From assembly GCF_006345805.1 (NCBI RefSeq), contig NC_042998.1, positions 154,876,001-154,940,000 of the forward strand: DNA of 64,000 nucleotides, in the 5' to 3' direction. The DNA is from Octopus sinensis. Taxonomy: Eukaryota. The translations under genes and the position numbers were made by a program. Positions 1-12,900 of the stretch are shown piece after piece (the first letter of the stretch is position 1; each line of letters opens with the position of its first letter). Below the pieces are notes generated by a model. That model made no database searches. It had not been told where the DNA came from and worked only from the letters and a program-made list of their open reading frames with translations.

Positions 1-241
1 AGCTGGCAAACGGCCACGAACGGATGGTGCTTTTACGTGTCACCGTTACGGGGGCCAGACAGAGCTGGCAAACGGCCACAAACGGATGGTGCTTTTACGT
101 GTCACCAGCACGGGGGCCAGGCCAGGCTGGCAACGAACACAAACGGATGGTGCTTTTACGTGCCACCGACACGGGGGCCAGACAGGGCTGGCAAACGGCT
201 ACGAACGGATGGTGCTTTTACGTGTCACCTGCACGGGGGCC
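1..241. repeat. Tandem array of ~62 bp units (about 4 copies), related to a dispersed SINE-like family
   Basis: GGATGGTGCTTTTACGTG recurs at ~22, 84, 146 and 207; related sequence lies on the opposite strand in elements at ~37960-38200 and 39262-39470. Confidence 0.8.
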
Positions 242-996
242 CTGATGTTGACTTGGTCACCTAGGTAACGGAAACTATCAACTACTTCTAGCTTTTCTCC
301 CTGGAAAGTGACGGAAGTTGGTCTCAGAGCATTTTCAGTGTTAATTGTTCCTGAGCATCTGCCACATACAAAAACCATCTTCCTAGATAGCCTTCCTTTG
401 ACATTGCTGCACCTCTTATGTGTCCATAGCTTACACTTGGTGCATCTTATAGAGTTTCTACCTACACCTTTTCTACAGATCGAGCAGGGCCATCTACCTG
501 AAGGCGTTTCTGATTGGTCTACCTTCCTACTTATTAGGACTTTGGTTTTGGCTAGGTTGATTCTAAGGCCCTTCGATTCTAAACCTTGTTTCCATACCTG
601 AAACTTCTCCTCTAGTTCTGATAGAGTCTCAGCAATTAGAGCAAGGTCATCAGCATAGAGGAGCTCCCAGGGGCATCCTGTCTTGAATTCCTCCGTTATT
701 GCCTGGAGGACTATGATAAATAGGAGGGGACTGAGGACTGAACCTTGGTGGACCCCAACCTCTACCCTGAATTCTTCACTGTACTCGGTGCCAACCCTCA
801 CCTTACTAGCAGCGTCTCTGTACATGGCTTGTACAGCTTTCACTAACCATTCATCTATCCCTAGTTTCCTCATTGACCACCAGATGAGGGATCGGGGGAC
901 CCTGTCGAAGGCTTTCTCCATATCAACAAAAGCCAGGTATAGGGGCTTGTCTTTGGCTAGGTATTTCTCTTGCAGCTGTTTTACCATGAAAATAGC
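242..996 (-). mobile_element. RTE-clade LINE reverse transcriptase fragment
   Basis: ORF 199-987 has AFVDMEKAFDRV, GVHQGSVLSPLLF, LLYADDLAL, an inserted Cys-rich (PHD-like) segment and FRYLG. Confidence 0.9.
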
Positions 997-997
997 A

Positions 998-1185
998 TCA
1001 TTTGACTGTAGCTATAGTGGGGCACCACCTTAAAGGGCTTTAGTTGAAGAAATCAATCCCAGGATTTATTCTTTGTAAGCCTAGTACTTATTCTATCAGC
1101 CTTTTTTGCTGAACTACTAAGTTATGGAGGCATAAACACACCAGCATCAGTTGTCAAGCGATAATGAGATGGGTAGGGACAAAGA
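998..1185. mobile_element. SINE fragment; second copy at ~51785-51945
   Basis: Shared CATTT..CTG..GC.AT.CTGG.GCACCACCTT..ACTAAGTTA..GG...TAAACACACCA..ATC.GTTGTCAAGC between the two loci. Confidence 0.6.
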
Positions 1186-1214
1186 CAGATAGACACACGC
1201 ACACATATATAAAA

Positions 1215-2195
1215 AGGGTGTAATGGGTAAATTGTCACCATTTTATATTTTCAATTTCGCGCATGCACATTGTTTTTGATTTTGTTGACTACACAGTATA
1301 GTAGGGTCAGTTGGTCACCATTTGTGAGAAAAACAGCACCATAACACAATTCACTCTGCCAGAAATTTGGAAATGACATGCTGTGCTGCTTGGCATTCAC
1401 AGCAGAAGCACCAATACAAACATTTCAGAGTGTTTGGGTATTAATCTGAGGACAGTGCAGAGGATTTGGAAAGAGTTGGATGAGTCTAATGGTGATTATG
1501 AAGGTACAGCAGCTCGGAAAAACTCACTCTGATCATTTTGATAAGAAAAGAACAAGTCAATGCCTCCAAGTCAATCAGGTCCATTGCTAGGGACATGAAA
1601 GTGTCTGAGTTTCTTATTCCTCATACAAAATGAGAAAGGGCCAATTTTTATCCCAAGGATGAGAGGAAAGACCATGCTACAAAGCATCCCCTCCAACTGA
1701 ACATGCTTTGGTTTTCCTCAGAAGAGAAAAATTTCTGCCAGGAACAGATGGTAAACACACAGAACAACTGTTAGCTTGCTGTGTCCTCAAAACATGTGCC
1801 AAGAGTGATAAAAATCAAACATCCAGTCAACATCATGGTATTTCAAGTGATCACTAGTGATGGCGATATTTTGCCTCCATTCATCTTCCCATACAGCCTC
1901 AGACTCAACATGGAGGCCTACATCAAGTGCCTGGAGGAAGTAGTGCTGCCTTGGCTCAAGAGGATGTCTGCTGGCAATAGGACTCTGCATCATGTCACAC
2001 AAGCAGGAGAACCCAGTCATGGCTGTCAGACAATTTCTGTGACCACATCACCCCTAGCATCTGGCCACCTAACTCCCCACACTGCAATCTCCTTGATTAT
2101 TATGTGTGGGGCACAGTTGAGCAAGAGACCAACAAAACTTATAACACTAAAGATGAATGGAAAGCAAGGATTATGGCAACATTCACCAACTTAAA
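1215..2195 (+). mobile_element. Degenerate Tc1/mariner-superfamily transposon (possibly DD37D/maT-like)
   Basis: Frameshifted motifs FSEEKNF, KHPVNIMVF.VITSDGD..PPFIFP, D(S)A.CH and WPPNSP....LDYY. Confidence 0.7.
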
Positions 2196-2547
2196 CTGAT
2201 TAAAAAATAGCACAGAAGGTAGCAATTTGAAAAATCACATACAAGGTGGTGGGGAGCCGTGGCTACAGTGGTGGTGGCATAAGATTTGTGTTTTGGTGAT
2301 GGCTGGTGCTGCTTGTATGAATTGCTTGTTTTGTTCTAGGTAAATGAGTGAAATTGCAGTTACTGCATATGCATAGTCTCTTGCATTGAGAAAACTGACA
2401 TATTTTGGGGTATCATGCATTTATAGATTTTATTTTATTTACGGTTGGCAGATTTATCATGTAGCTGTAAGGTGTATATAGAAGTTGACAGTGGTGGAAA
2501 GAAAGGCATGATAGTAGAGGTTATGGTTGCAGTAGTAGAATATTCTT

Positions 2548-2741
2548 TTCTACTCTAGGTACAAGGCCTGAAATTTTGGGGGATGAGGGGCCAGTTGATT
2601 AGATCGACTCCAGTATGCAACTGGTACTTAATTTATTGATCCTGAAAGGATGAAAGGCAAAGTTGACTTTGGCGGAATTTGAACTCAGAATGTAAAGACA
2701 GATGAAATACTGTGCTAACGTTTCTGCCAGCTCACCGCCTT
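2548..2741 (-). mobile_element. tRNA-derived SINE (octopus-type); related copies at ~21235-21385, 41283-41517, 41700-41885, 44590-44790, 48850-49110
   Basis: Conserved core GAAAGGATGAAAGGCAAAGT.GAC.T.GGCGGAATTTGAACTCAGAATGTAAAG with a B-box-like GAGTTCAAATTCC on the minus strand; multiple copies in the window. Confidence 0.8.
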
Positions 2742-3489
2742 TGTAGCAGTAGAATATTATGGAAATGATGATGATATGGGTCAGTTGTACTATTCAGAGA
2801 AAATGAAGAATGTGGATAGCTGGACAGTGAAGGGCTTTTCATTGTGGAGTTTAATAGGTCATCAATTGTGCTACTTTTGAGGAGTGACCTTACTAATGGT
2901 CATGTTGTTGTTGCTGCTGCTACTATCTATATATACTTTTAATTTTGATGTTAATGATGTTCAGTAGTATATCTTTCTAGAGAATTCCTTTGGAAATTTT
3001 AAGACCAATTTCATCAGTTAACATTTTGGACTTTTTATTTATTTATTTTTGTCATTTGTTTTGAGAAGAAAACTAACTTCAAGCAACTTTTTACAGATCA
3101 GTTTTTAGACACTATTTTCTAAACGTGACAAAGTGTGTTGGGGGTGCAAGGTTTGATTTTACACCTGCTAAAAATTTTAGTGGGTGCAAGCACACTCTGT
3201 TCTTGGGCCCATGTACACATGTGTATTGTCTTGTCTCTCTGTTACTTCAACTGGCATTATAATGGTTTCTGTTTCTAAGAACTGGCTAGCTTTGTGCCTC
3301 CTCCACTCAGGTACTCCTAACCTACTTGTCTTCCTCTCAGCATCTTTGTTGAGTCTACTCAGTCTTTCCTCCTCCAAAATACAGGCCCTATGGTATCTTC
3401 TTACAGTTCATTTCCTAACAGTTTAAAGAAACATTAACAGCATCAATCTCACTAATCTTAGAGTACCTGCACAGGCCTTCAACAAGTAA

Positions 3490-4398
3490 AGAAACTAAAA
3501 AAGAAAATATGTCAATGGGCTCTATTTATGGAGTGGCTTCTTATTAGATCTGAAGATTGTAATGTAAACTGATGGAACTCTCTCACCATCACAATATCAA
3601 CTCTAGTGTACCCCAGAATTGTTTTTGCTCCTTGCACATTAGTGCTCTTATGTATCAAGAACTTAACAGATGTCACCTCCAACAATACCCACAGCTATTC
3701 ATCCCTCCTAAACATTCTGTGCCCAAGTATCAGCTACAGGTAATCTAGAAACTTCATACCAAATTTGTGCTGACTCCCAGAATAGAAACCTTGAAAACAT
3801 CTTCCCATAGAGTCATACCTATCTTGTTTCCTTCAATCACAAAAACACTACACAAACCAAGGAAACATTATTGTATATCTCCAATAAACATGAATAGCAT
3901 GTAATTTGATCTGTTAAGATCACAACAAACACTAGATTTCACAGTATGCTGATCCTCAACATAGCAAAGACTACATCACAAAGATACTTCATATCTTAAA
4001 TACTACAAACAAAATTCATAATGGAGTACTGCTTCTACATTTAGGATGGTGCTGCTGCTACTCACAGACATTCCAGATTGGCATGGATTGTAACACCCAC
4101 ACACATTCCATACTGTCTCATCATAGACATGCTGTCTCCTTTCTTTGCCTTTTCTCTCACTACTGCTGTGGCCTCTGCTTCTCAGAGCTACTTAATCTTG
4201 TACCACTTGCACTGTAACCTCTGCTGGTGAACTTATACCATTCACTTCCTACTACACATAGCCTTCCTCCACAGAATGTCAAACCTCTAGAATTTCCACT
4301 CTGTATACATTATACATAATCCCTTTAATCATAAAGCATTTGCAACTTTCAAAAATAATGTCACTTACCTGGCACCTGAACTATTAACACCTTCTTAA
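3490..4398 (+). mobile_element. Highly degenerate CR1/L2-like LINE 3' fragment
   Basis: Remnant of INSGVPQ.SV.AP...Y.N near 3595-3670 and EYC..I..GA near 4020; no open frame. Confidence 0.45.
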
Positions 4399-4401
4399 TT
4401 A

Positions 4402-5598
4402 TCAGGTCATTTCATAAGTTCTGTCCAAATTTTGAATAAAGAAAACAAGTGATCAAATGTTATACTTAATTGAAATTTAATCATCAATGTACTTTCCCTG
4501 ATTATCTATAACTTCCTTTCATCTATTTACAAGCTTTTTAATCCTATCAACGTAAAACTATTTTTGGTTAAAAAGCAAATGTCAATTTCGACCTCCTCCT
4601 GGCTTGTGAAAGTTATGTCCCCCAAATGATTCTGTAAACTACGAAACAAATGATAGTCTGAAGGAGCAAGGTCAGGAGAATAAGGTGGATAAGGAATTTT
4701 TTCCCAACCAGGCTGATCTTTGCAGTGTGAGGTCACGCATTGTCCTGATGAAACATCACTCTTTTTCGATTCACTAAAGCAGGTCTTTTTTTTTCTTCAA
4801 AGCTTGGTTCAAATGCTCTAATTGCTGACAGTAGACTTGAGCATTGATTGTTGCATTAGGTAGTAACAATCCCACCACCTTTTTTCTATGAAGTTCCTTT
4901 CTTGGTTGTGGTTGAGCTTTTCCCGTTTTACCAAACCACTGTTTACGATGTTTAACACTTCAATAGAAGATCCATTTTTCATCACCAGTCACAAGTCTAT
5001 CCAAAAAGGGTGAAATGAGTTCGCAAGAATGGAGAGAAGAGCAGATGTCAACTTGAGATTTGCAGTTGCTTTCGGACAATTCATGAGGCACCCATTATTC
5101 GAGTTTAGGAACCTTTCCAAGTTGTTGAAGATGACAATGAACAGTTGTATGGTTTGAATTAAACTTTATTGCCAATTCTTCAACTGATAATGCAAGATTT
5201 TCTTCAAGTAATGCCTCAAGGAGCTTATTGAACTCAACTGGACATCCTGTTCGATCTTCATCTCCAAGGTTGAAATCTCCACTTCTAAATTTTGCAAACC
5301 ATCTTCTGCATTCTCATAAACTGAGTGCATGTTTCGAGTCGCTTCGGCTGTAGAGTTTCCTTTTTTGTATTCATAAAGCATTATGTGACTCAAATGCTCT
5401 TTGGATACTTCCATGTTAGAAAGGGTTTTAATCAAAGAAATTTTAATTCTATAATTCTGTAAAATAATATTTAATTAGTTTAAATGTACACAAATGCATA
5501 AAAATAATTTTTAATTCCATTAGACATTCTAAAATACTTTTAAATTTCATTCACTTTTAAAAAAGGTGAAATTGGACAGAACTTATTGGATGACCTGA
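4402..5598 (-). mobile_element. Full-length degenerate mariner element
   Basis: TIRs TCAGGTCAT..CATAAGTTCTGTCCAA at both ends with TA flanks; HIMLYEYKKG HTH, LVTGDEKWI, HQDNA and PPYSPDLAPSDYHLFRSLQ motifs. Confidence 0.93.
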
Positions 5599-6546
5599 TA
5601 TAATCTTCCTATTTTGTAATTAATTTTCTGAAGTTTTCATGAGAAAATTACTCATTATCAAAATTCAAACCAAGGCCATAAATACACAATGACACTCAGT
5701 AAACACATATATTACTTATGCCTTGTAAAAAACAAAAAACTGCTATAGTTATTTTAATGGTAAATGATAAGTAACACTCAAGAGTGAAGAAAAAATTAGC
5801 ATAAAAAAAAAGAAAACTAGACACTGAATAAATTCAATTTTATTATAGATTAAATAAATGAACCAGAAGTTACTTGACTATTTCACAAGTTTCTTTTTAT
5901 CATTGATATTCAGACAAACAAGAATAAGTTGTTGAAAAATAACAATAGCAAAACCCTATTGCTTTGCAATAGTTTTTCTCAGTAAGAATGGTGTTTTAAA
6001 TTATGATTTAATAAAAATATTTCCCTTATAATTAGGTACTATTAAGAAAAACCTTGTAATGAGGTCTCAGTATGAAGTCACTTTTGATATAAAGATGATT
6101 TTTACATAAGAAAATGCTTTTATTTATACTAACTGTCTAAACTTAAGAAATACTAAATATTTTTAAGAACTATTATTACAATTCATTTACCTGTACAACA
6201 AAAGAAAAATATGTTTTTTAAGGTAATTTTCTGAAATATGTCATTAATATTATTGAAATAACTGTAATAGTAACAAGGCAGTAAAAGGTTACCTTTACCT
6301 TAAGTTTTTTTAAAAATAAACTTTTGAATCCAATAAAATTCTTTTGAAGTATAAGGTAAGAGTTGTGAAGGTATCATGAATAGAGTTGTTCATATATCAC
6401 TTTAATATAATATATTCAGTGCTGACACAAAAAATGTAAAAAAAACAAAAAACGCACAGCATAGTGCTATACCCTGAGCTCGCCAAAAAATTTTTTTATA
6501 CTATTAACATTTTGGCAACAAGATAGATAATAGTGTCAAGACATTA

Positions 6547-6739
6547 CTAAAATGGGGGCATGTCATAGTATTTTTCATCAACTGCAATATTCAAATGTCT
6601 AAACATAGGGAGAAAGATTGCCATGAGCGTAAGTATGGCAAAAATAAATATTGATGTATATTGAGTGAAAGGATTTAAGCCTTTCCAAATGGAAGTGATA
6701 TCATTCTGAAATTCTCTGATGACTTCTGCAAACAGTGTC
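6547..6739 (-). CDS. Terminal coding exon of a host gene: C-terminal transmembrane helix plus short KASH-like tail (TLFAEVIREF...YTSIFIFAILTLMAIFLPMF-RHLNIAVDEKYYDMPPF*)
   Basis: Acceptor TATATTTTCAG|G; 193 nt open to TAG; ~20-residue hydrophobic helix; no recognisable repeat; AT-rich downstream region with AATAAA at ~5839-5844 and ~6120 (minus strand). Confidence 0.7.
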
Positions 6740-7029
6740 CTGAAAATATACAATTTTCTAATTAGATTGAAAACAAACAAAAACAAGAACATTTACATTT
6801 TAAAACAATTCAACCCTACTGAGAGAATTAAGATAAATAAGATATCGAGGTTATAAGAGGTAATGGTGTCATTGAGACCCAAAGGTGTCAGGTAATGCTG
6901 AATAAGTGCTATAGACAGACCATAGTTAAGTTCCACCTCCTCTATTACCGAACACAGTCCCCAAAATTCACCTAATTGTAATTGCCATCCTGGAACCATC
7001 TGCTCGTTACAAGCCCATTGCAGAAGATA

Positions 7030-7410
7030 AAATGTAATTTACAAATGCACGGTCCTTAATCTATTACACAACTCTACAGCCATATGCATAGGATCAACCA
7101 AAAATTTTAAGCAACGGTATGCTATTCTTTTAGATATGATAAACATAGTTATTCTACAACACTCGCCAACCACATACATCATCTCAAAAATGCAAATATA
7201 CCCTATACTCTATCATGGTCCATACTGGACTCAGGACTTCCCTACCGAGGTCAACGCTCAACTTGCAAGCTTTGCTTGAAGGAGGCACTCCACATGTTAA
7301 AGCACAACTCTCTAATACTGCTAAATAAACATAACGAGGCACTAAGCACATGCAACCACCGCTTTTATCACACATTCAAATTCTACCACAAATCCAAATG
7401 CCAAAATACA
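7030..7410 (+). mobile_element. Penelope-like element GIY-YIG endonuclease relic
   Basis: NVIYKCTV...ICIGSTKNFKQRY, a frameshift, then SFRYDKHSYSTTLANHIHHLK...WSIL...CKLCLKE...LLNKHNE..STCNH. Confidence 0.85.
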
Positions 7411-7504
7411 GTGCATTTCCACAATACCCCTTAGGTAATCCCAATAACCTTATAAATCTACATTCTATCTTCTAATCCATATCTAGTTCCTCACATGTAC
7501 AACC

Positions 7505-7750
7505 ATCTGATTATATTCATATGTATGTGCATACACCCATGTGTGCGTGTATATGTATGAGTGAGTGTATGCATGTATGTATGTATGTGGGTATGTGTAA
7601 ATATACGTATGCATGCAAGGTATATATACTTGTGTATACAGGGGCAATGATACATGCAGATGCTTGTATACGTAGGTGTGCATGTATACATATGCATGCG
7701 AGTAAGGATTGTATGTGTAACATGTCTGATATATACATCTTCACATATAT
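7505..7750. repeat. Degenerate (TG/TA)n low-complexity tract
   Basis: ATGT/GTAT-rich sequence producing spurious H/T/Y/I ORFs. Confidence 0.8.
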
Positions 7751-8289
7751 ATTTTCTTATATTACTAAGCACTGAACTGCTAATTCTTCAACCCCTCTCT
7801 CTGCCCCTACACTTAGACTCTATCACTATCACTACACATTTGTCATTCCTTTACCTTTTACCACCACCCCTCATTCCTTATTTCTTTTTACACTATAATA
7901 CCTTTCTCTCTCTTTCACCCTTCATTTCCCCACTCCTACTTTCAAATTATCTCCAATGACCACTGACTTATTTATATCTTCATTTTTCTTTTCTCTTTTT
8001 TCTTTATTTCCTTTATCCCTCTCTTCAGGGTTTTATGTTTTTTAATATTTTTTATCATTTTATTACTTTTCTTCTTACTTTCTTCTCCTTCTTATCTCTC
8101 TTTTTTTTCTCTTTCTTCATTCCTCTCTTCCTGTTTTCTGATTTGACCTTACTAATACACTCCCTATTTTTAGGTCACTTTAAATAAAAACCTTTGACTC
8201 TGCAACACTATATAAATTCTGTACTTGGAATGACCAAGTTTAAAAACTGCTGGATCTCACTCATAAGCTATTGGAAACTTACACTGCCT

Positions 8290-8458
8290 ATATTTGCATT
8301 TTTGAGATGATGTATGTGGTTGGCGAGTGTTGTAGATTAACTATGTTTATCATATCTAAAAGAATGGCATACCGTTGCTTAAAATCTTTGGTTGATTCTA
8401 TGCATATGGCTGTAGAGTTGTGTAATAGATTAAGGACCATGCATTTGTAAATTACATT
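8290..8458 (-). repeat. Inverted partial copy of the GIY-YIG segment at 7031-7200
   Basis: Reverse complement matches 7031-7200 with only a few substitutions. Confidence 0.9.
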
Positions 8459-8625
8459 TGGAAGGAACCATTTTAAACTCTGTTGGACTTTACTCATAAG
8501 GTATTGGAATCCTACATATATACCATTCTACCTAAAAAGTGGATCTACAACTTCAATATCCCTACATATCTTGCATCTATTTTCTTTCATCCACCTCACT
8601 CTCTATTTTGTATCACATCTAAACT

Positions 8626-9443
8626 GGTTGGTTGGCATCCTTTCTGTCTCGGGAGACAATGGAGTTGCGCATAAAGTAGTCTAGTCCGGCTTTTATATTT
8701 CATGTCCTGATACATTTCCTGCTGAGGCTGTGTAGTCCTATCCTGGACCTCCCTCTGGCAGGTACCGCAAATGTAGCGAAGACTGGTTGTAATGCCATAG
8801 TCTCTTGTTGATGTCTCTTCTTTTCTTTCCATTTGTCCTCTCTCTCTCTGTCACTCCTTTGTATTCCCTCTTTTACGGTACATCGCCATTCTCCACAGTT
8901 GCCGGCAACTGCCTCCCAACTGCTAATATTGATGTTGCAGGCCTTCATGTCCCTTTTGCAAACATCCTTGTAATGTAAGATCAGTCTACCCACAGACCTA
9001 GTACCCCTAGCAAGCTCTCCGTAGAGTATGTCCTTGGGGATTCTGCCATCTTTCATACGGCTAACATGCCCAAGCCATCTCATACGTCTTTGTGTGAGGA
9101 GTGCAAACATGCTTGGTATTCCTGCTTGCCTGAGGACATCTTTGTTGGGGATATGATTCTGCCATTTGATGCGGAGGATTTTTTGGAGGCAGCGCAGGTG
9201 AAAGATGTTTAGGCGACGCTCTTGGCGTGTGTATAGCGTCCAGGTTTCACTTCCATACAGTAGAGTGCTTAGTACACATGCCTGGTAGATCTTCATTTTC
9301 GTGGTCTTGGTGAGCTCGTTGTCCCAAGCTCGTTTGGAGAGTTGGGCCATCGCAGCAGCTGCCTTGCCAATGTGTATATTGAGCTCAGCGTCAAGGGATA
9401 GGTTGTAGGTGACGGTAGAGCCCAGATAGGTAAACTTCTCCAC
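8626..9443 (-). mobile_element. 5'-truncated RTE (BovB-like) LINE 3' end with (CCAA)n tail
   Basis: FTYLGS, STLLYGSETW, RRMRWLGHV.RM.DGRIPKDILYGEL motifs; the same 3' end recurs at 43020-43170. Confidence 0.9.
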
Positions 9444-9471
9444 CTATATGACTTAACCATCGTCTCACACC

Positions 9472-9523
9472 GTCTCCGATGAAGGGATATAATTAATAAA
9501 TATCCTGGAAACAGCTGTAAGAC
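9472..9523 (+). ncRNA. Minimal type I hammerhead ribozyme motif (CCGAUGA core variant)
   Basis: GTCT-CCGATGA-a-GGGATAT[loop]ATATCCT-g-GAAA-CAGCTG-TA-AGAC: stem I, core, stem II, palindromic stem III, GUA site. Confidence 0.75.
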
Positions 9524-9924
9524 CTTCTATCTATAAATGTTCTAATATCTACACAGCCTTCTTTTGTTTTTATTTTTTTTAAATGAGGCAAAAAATTCTT
9601 AGATAAATAAGATATCTTAATGATTTTAAATGAGTCATTTAAAAATTGAAATCTATCGATTAAAAAGAAAAGACAATAAAGCAATGAGAAAGATGATTAT
9701 GGCCAAAAATCATTATTATAATTTATGTGAAACCTACCTGTCTGCAACATAACTCCAGGTTTAGTTTGCAACACCCCCCTCTCTCAATCTATCTATCTAT
9801 ATATCTGTGTGTGTGCATGTGCATGTACACATGAGAACAAATATATGAATCTCTATTCTGTCCACATCTCTTTCATGCTTTCTTGGTAATGATACATACA
9901 TAACATATACACTCAGGTACAAAT

Positions 9925-12900
9925 AATGTGGCATCATCTTGTCCCCTTCCAGTCTTTTTCCTTTCCAGTTCAATTATCCTTACACCACATGCTCTCTGAT
10001 CTAAAGATCACTGCTGCCCTGTTCTGTTTTGTAATCATCCATCCACTTGGGGATAGGGAGAAGGGGGTGATGTTCCCTTTGAGATCTCTGTAGGGTCACA
10101 GGACCAGCTTTTCCTTTCCTTTCTTCAAATATTCAGGATGTGACGCAGCATTCTATCCACTGATACATTATTCAGAGTACTGATCATGGTCACCCTTCCT
10201 TTTTCTCACTGAGCATTCAGGGGCTTTACCCATACAGATGCAACCCCTTCCACCTCTGGCTGCTGTGGCACCACACTTGGGTGTCTCCATTTGTACCAGA
10301 ATACGGCCCTTTGTGGGACACCACTCTTCAGTTTGCTCTACCTTGGGTGACATGTTGTACAAGAAGACTGCCTCCATAGAGGAGATTTGTCCCCTCTCAG
10401 CTATGGTTTTAATCATATGGTGGTGCTGTTTCACAATCCTGTTTCCACCTGGCTTGTATGCAGCTCTGAAGAAGCATCTTGCGCTTCACCTCTCGAGCAT
10501 CTCCCTCAGCTGCTCTGAGCAAAAACCTGTGCTGTTGTCCATTAATAGCTTGCCTACAGGCCCCATTTCAGCATATTCAGCGCTTCTGGACTTTGGCAGC
10601 AGTCTCTGCCCTGATTTCTCTCCATATAGCCATTTGCCCCCATCCACAGTCAACCATTGAAAGGTACAGCTTTCCCTGATAGTGTGTCACGTTTATGTCT
10701 GGCCTCTTCCAGGTTTTCTCTAACTGAATCTTTCCTGTTTCATTTGTGCTTGAGGCAGAATTGATGGATTGGTACCTGTTGCAATTCCCCACTATCCTTT
10801 GAATGCTCTCCCTGGTGACATTCTGGTCAACCATTCTGCTGAATTCCATGTGGTGCATGTTGTGCAGTCTCCTCAGTTCTGGGCCCTCCAGGCAACAAAC
10901 TGCAGCTACCCCACTCAGAACATCCTTTGCTGTTTCCAAAAGATGCTTTTTCAATCTGGTTAGAATGTCCATATTATTCTTTTCCAAGGGCATGAAAACC
11001 ACAGGCTGAACTCAGCAGCTAGCTCCCTCAGGATTCCCGGGTGACACTTAATCACCATTTCTGCAGCTCCTTTTGTGCAAATCCTCTTCCAGTTTGCACC
11101 ATGGCAGAATCTGTCTGGACCTTGACAAATCACAATCCCCATCTCAGCGCTAGGTTCATGCCCTTTAACACAGCATCCAGTTCAGCTACGTTGATGTAGC
11201 TGCAGCCATCCTTCTTCTTAAGCCATGCCACATCTTCCACCTCAACACCTCCTATTGCCAGAATAACTCCCAATACTATGCTGCTCGCATTGCATCACAA
11301 GATCCCTTTTTTTGTATCAGGCATGTACCAGCTGCCCTTCACTGGATCTTCCATTCATATTCACTTCAAGACCTCTTGCATTATTACCATTGCCTTCTCT
11401 CCCACTTTTTCACCCCAGTTAACTTTTTCTGCTTGCCTTTTGATATAGCTACATGCTGTTTGGAGCCATCCTGTCACAGGGTAGTGACCCACCAGCTTCC
11501 CACATATCGAAAACAACTCTTGCATATTCATATCCTGATTTAGGTTCGGGATCTCATTTTCTCAGTGAAACACAAGCTTACCAGCTTTATCTCTTTTGAA
11601 CCTGAGTCCTGGAGCTGTACCTCCTATAACCTCTGGCAGTTTTGTTGTCAGTCTGAACCTCCCAAGAAGATCCACAATTTCCTCTGCCAATGCCACACTC
11701 TCATCTACCAGGATATCATCAATATATGAGCTGGTAGCCTGCTCCACTTTGGCCTCTTTTCCCAAAATTACCTCATGATCTTTGGCACCAAACTCAAGCT
11801 GTAACCTGTTAAGGCAGTATGTTCTGCCCCTGTACCTCCCCAGTTGGTACTTCCACAACTTCTCTGATACATAGAGCTGCAGACAGACTAACTTGAAGTT
11901 GATGATTGTAGCCCCCACTTCATTTACCTCCATTCATGAAGGGTTTTTCTCATGTCTGCTGTCTCACTGCTCATATGACAGGACATGTGTGTGTTCAACT
12001 CAAAGAAAGTCCAGCACTGGTCAAACCTTATTCTTTGTTGGCTGAACCAAAGCCATCAATGGCAGCACACCATTCATTGTCTCCTTATTCCATGACATCA
12101 GAATGCTCTCCTCTATTCATCAGTTTACCTCTCTCTTGAACCTGGTGTCTCCTTTCAGGGTGTGCTCATAGCAGCTCACCCTGTTTCTCAATACAGGAGG
12201 TTCTCCTTTCAAGTAGTACTCCATCGTACATCTTTCACCGTTAAACTCAGCATGGAAGTCTTCATCTTCAATTGTGCCTATGGAAACCACTCTCTCTGCC
12301 AGTAATCCGTCACTCTTCATTTCTCTGCCAGTAATCCACATTCTCTCTCTACTCCATGCTCATGGCATGCAGCATACCAGTCACAAAACTCTACTCCTGC
12401 CTAGCCAACACTGCTCAATCATATGATCATGTCCATTCCAACCACTACATCGATACCATTAACCACCTGCAGCCTCAACATGGATCTCTGTCTTCACTGA
12501 CACCCTTACATTTTGACCTCCCTGCCATTCACTGGACTGAGCCTGATGTTTCATCTCCAGCTCTTGACCATTCTTGTGGTTATCAGGGTGGTTATACAAC
12601 CCATATCCATGAGGGCTTGTGCTTCCCTTTCCCTCACCATAAGCCTTACTACAGGAACTAGCAGCACAATAGTACCCCTCTTCTCATTTTCCTTCTTGCA
12701 GTTATTTGATATGTGCCCAGGTTGGCCATATCAGTAACACACCACCATTGGTTTTGTTTCTGCACATTTCCTGACCATGTGTGGACCTTGACATCTGAAG
12801 CATAGTTCCTTGGCCATTCACCTTGCCAGACTCTTGCTGTCATTGTTCGCCACCTGCCTCTTCATTCTACTCAAATTTGTCGTCACTGTTGCCACTACAT

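Noticed and set aside
1-241. CRISPR-like repeat-spacer array
   Set aside because: Whole units are similar to each other (no unique spacers), the context is eukaryotic and there are no cas genes
2680-2741. tRNA gene
   Set aside because: Only tRNA-like SINE heads with B-box similarity; no cloverleaf, and many degenerate copies
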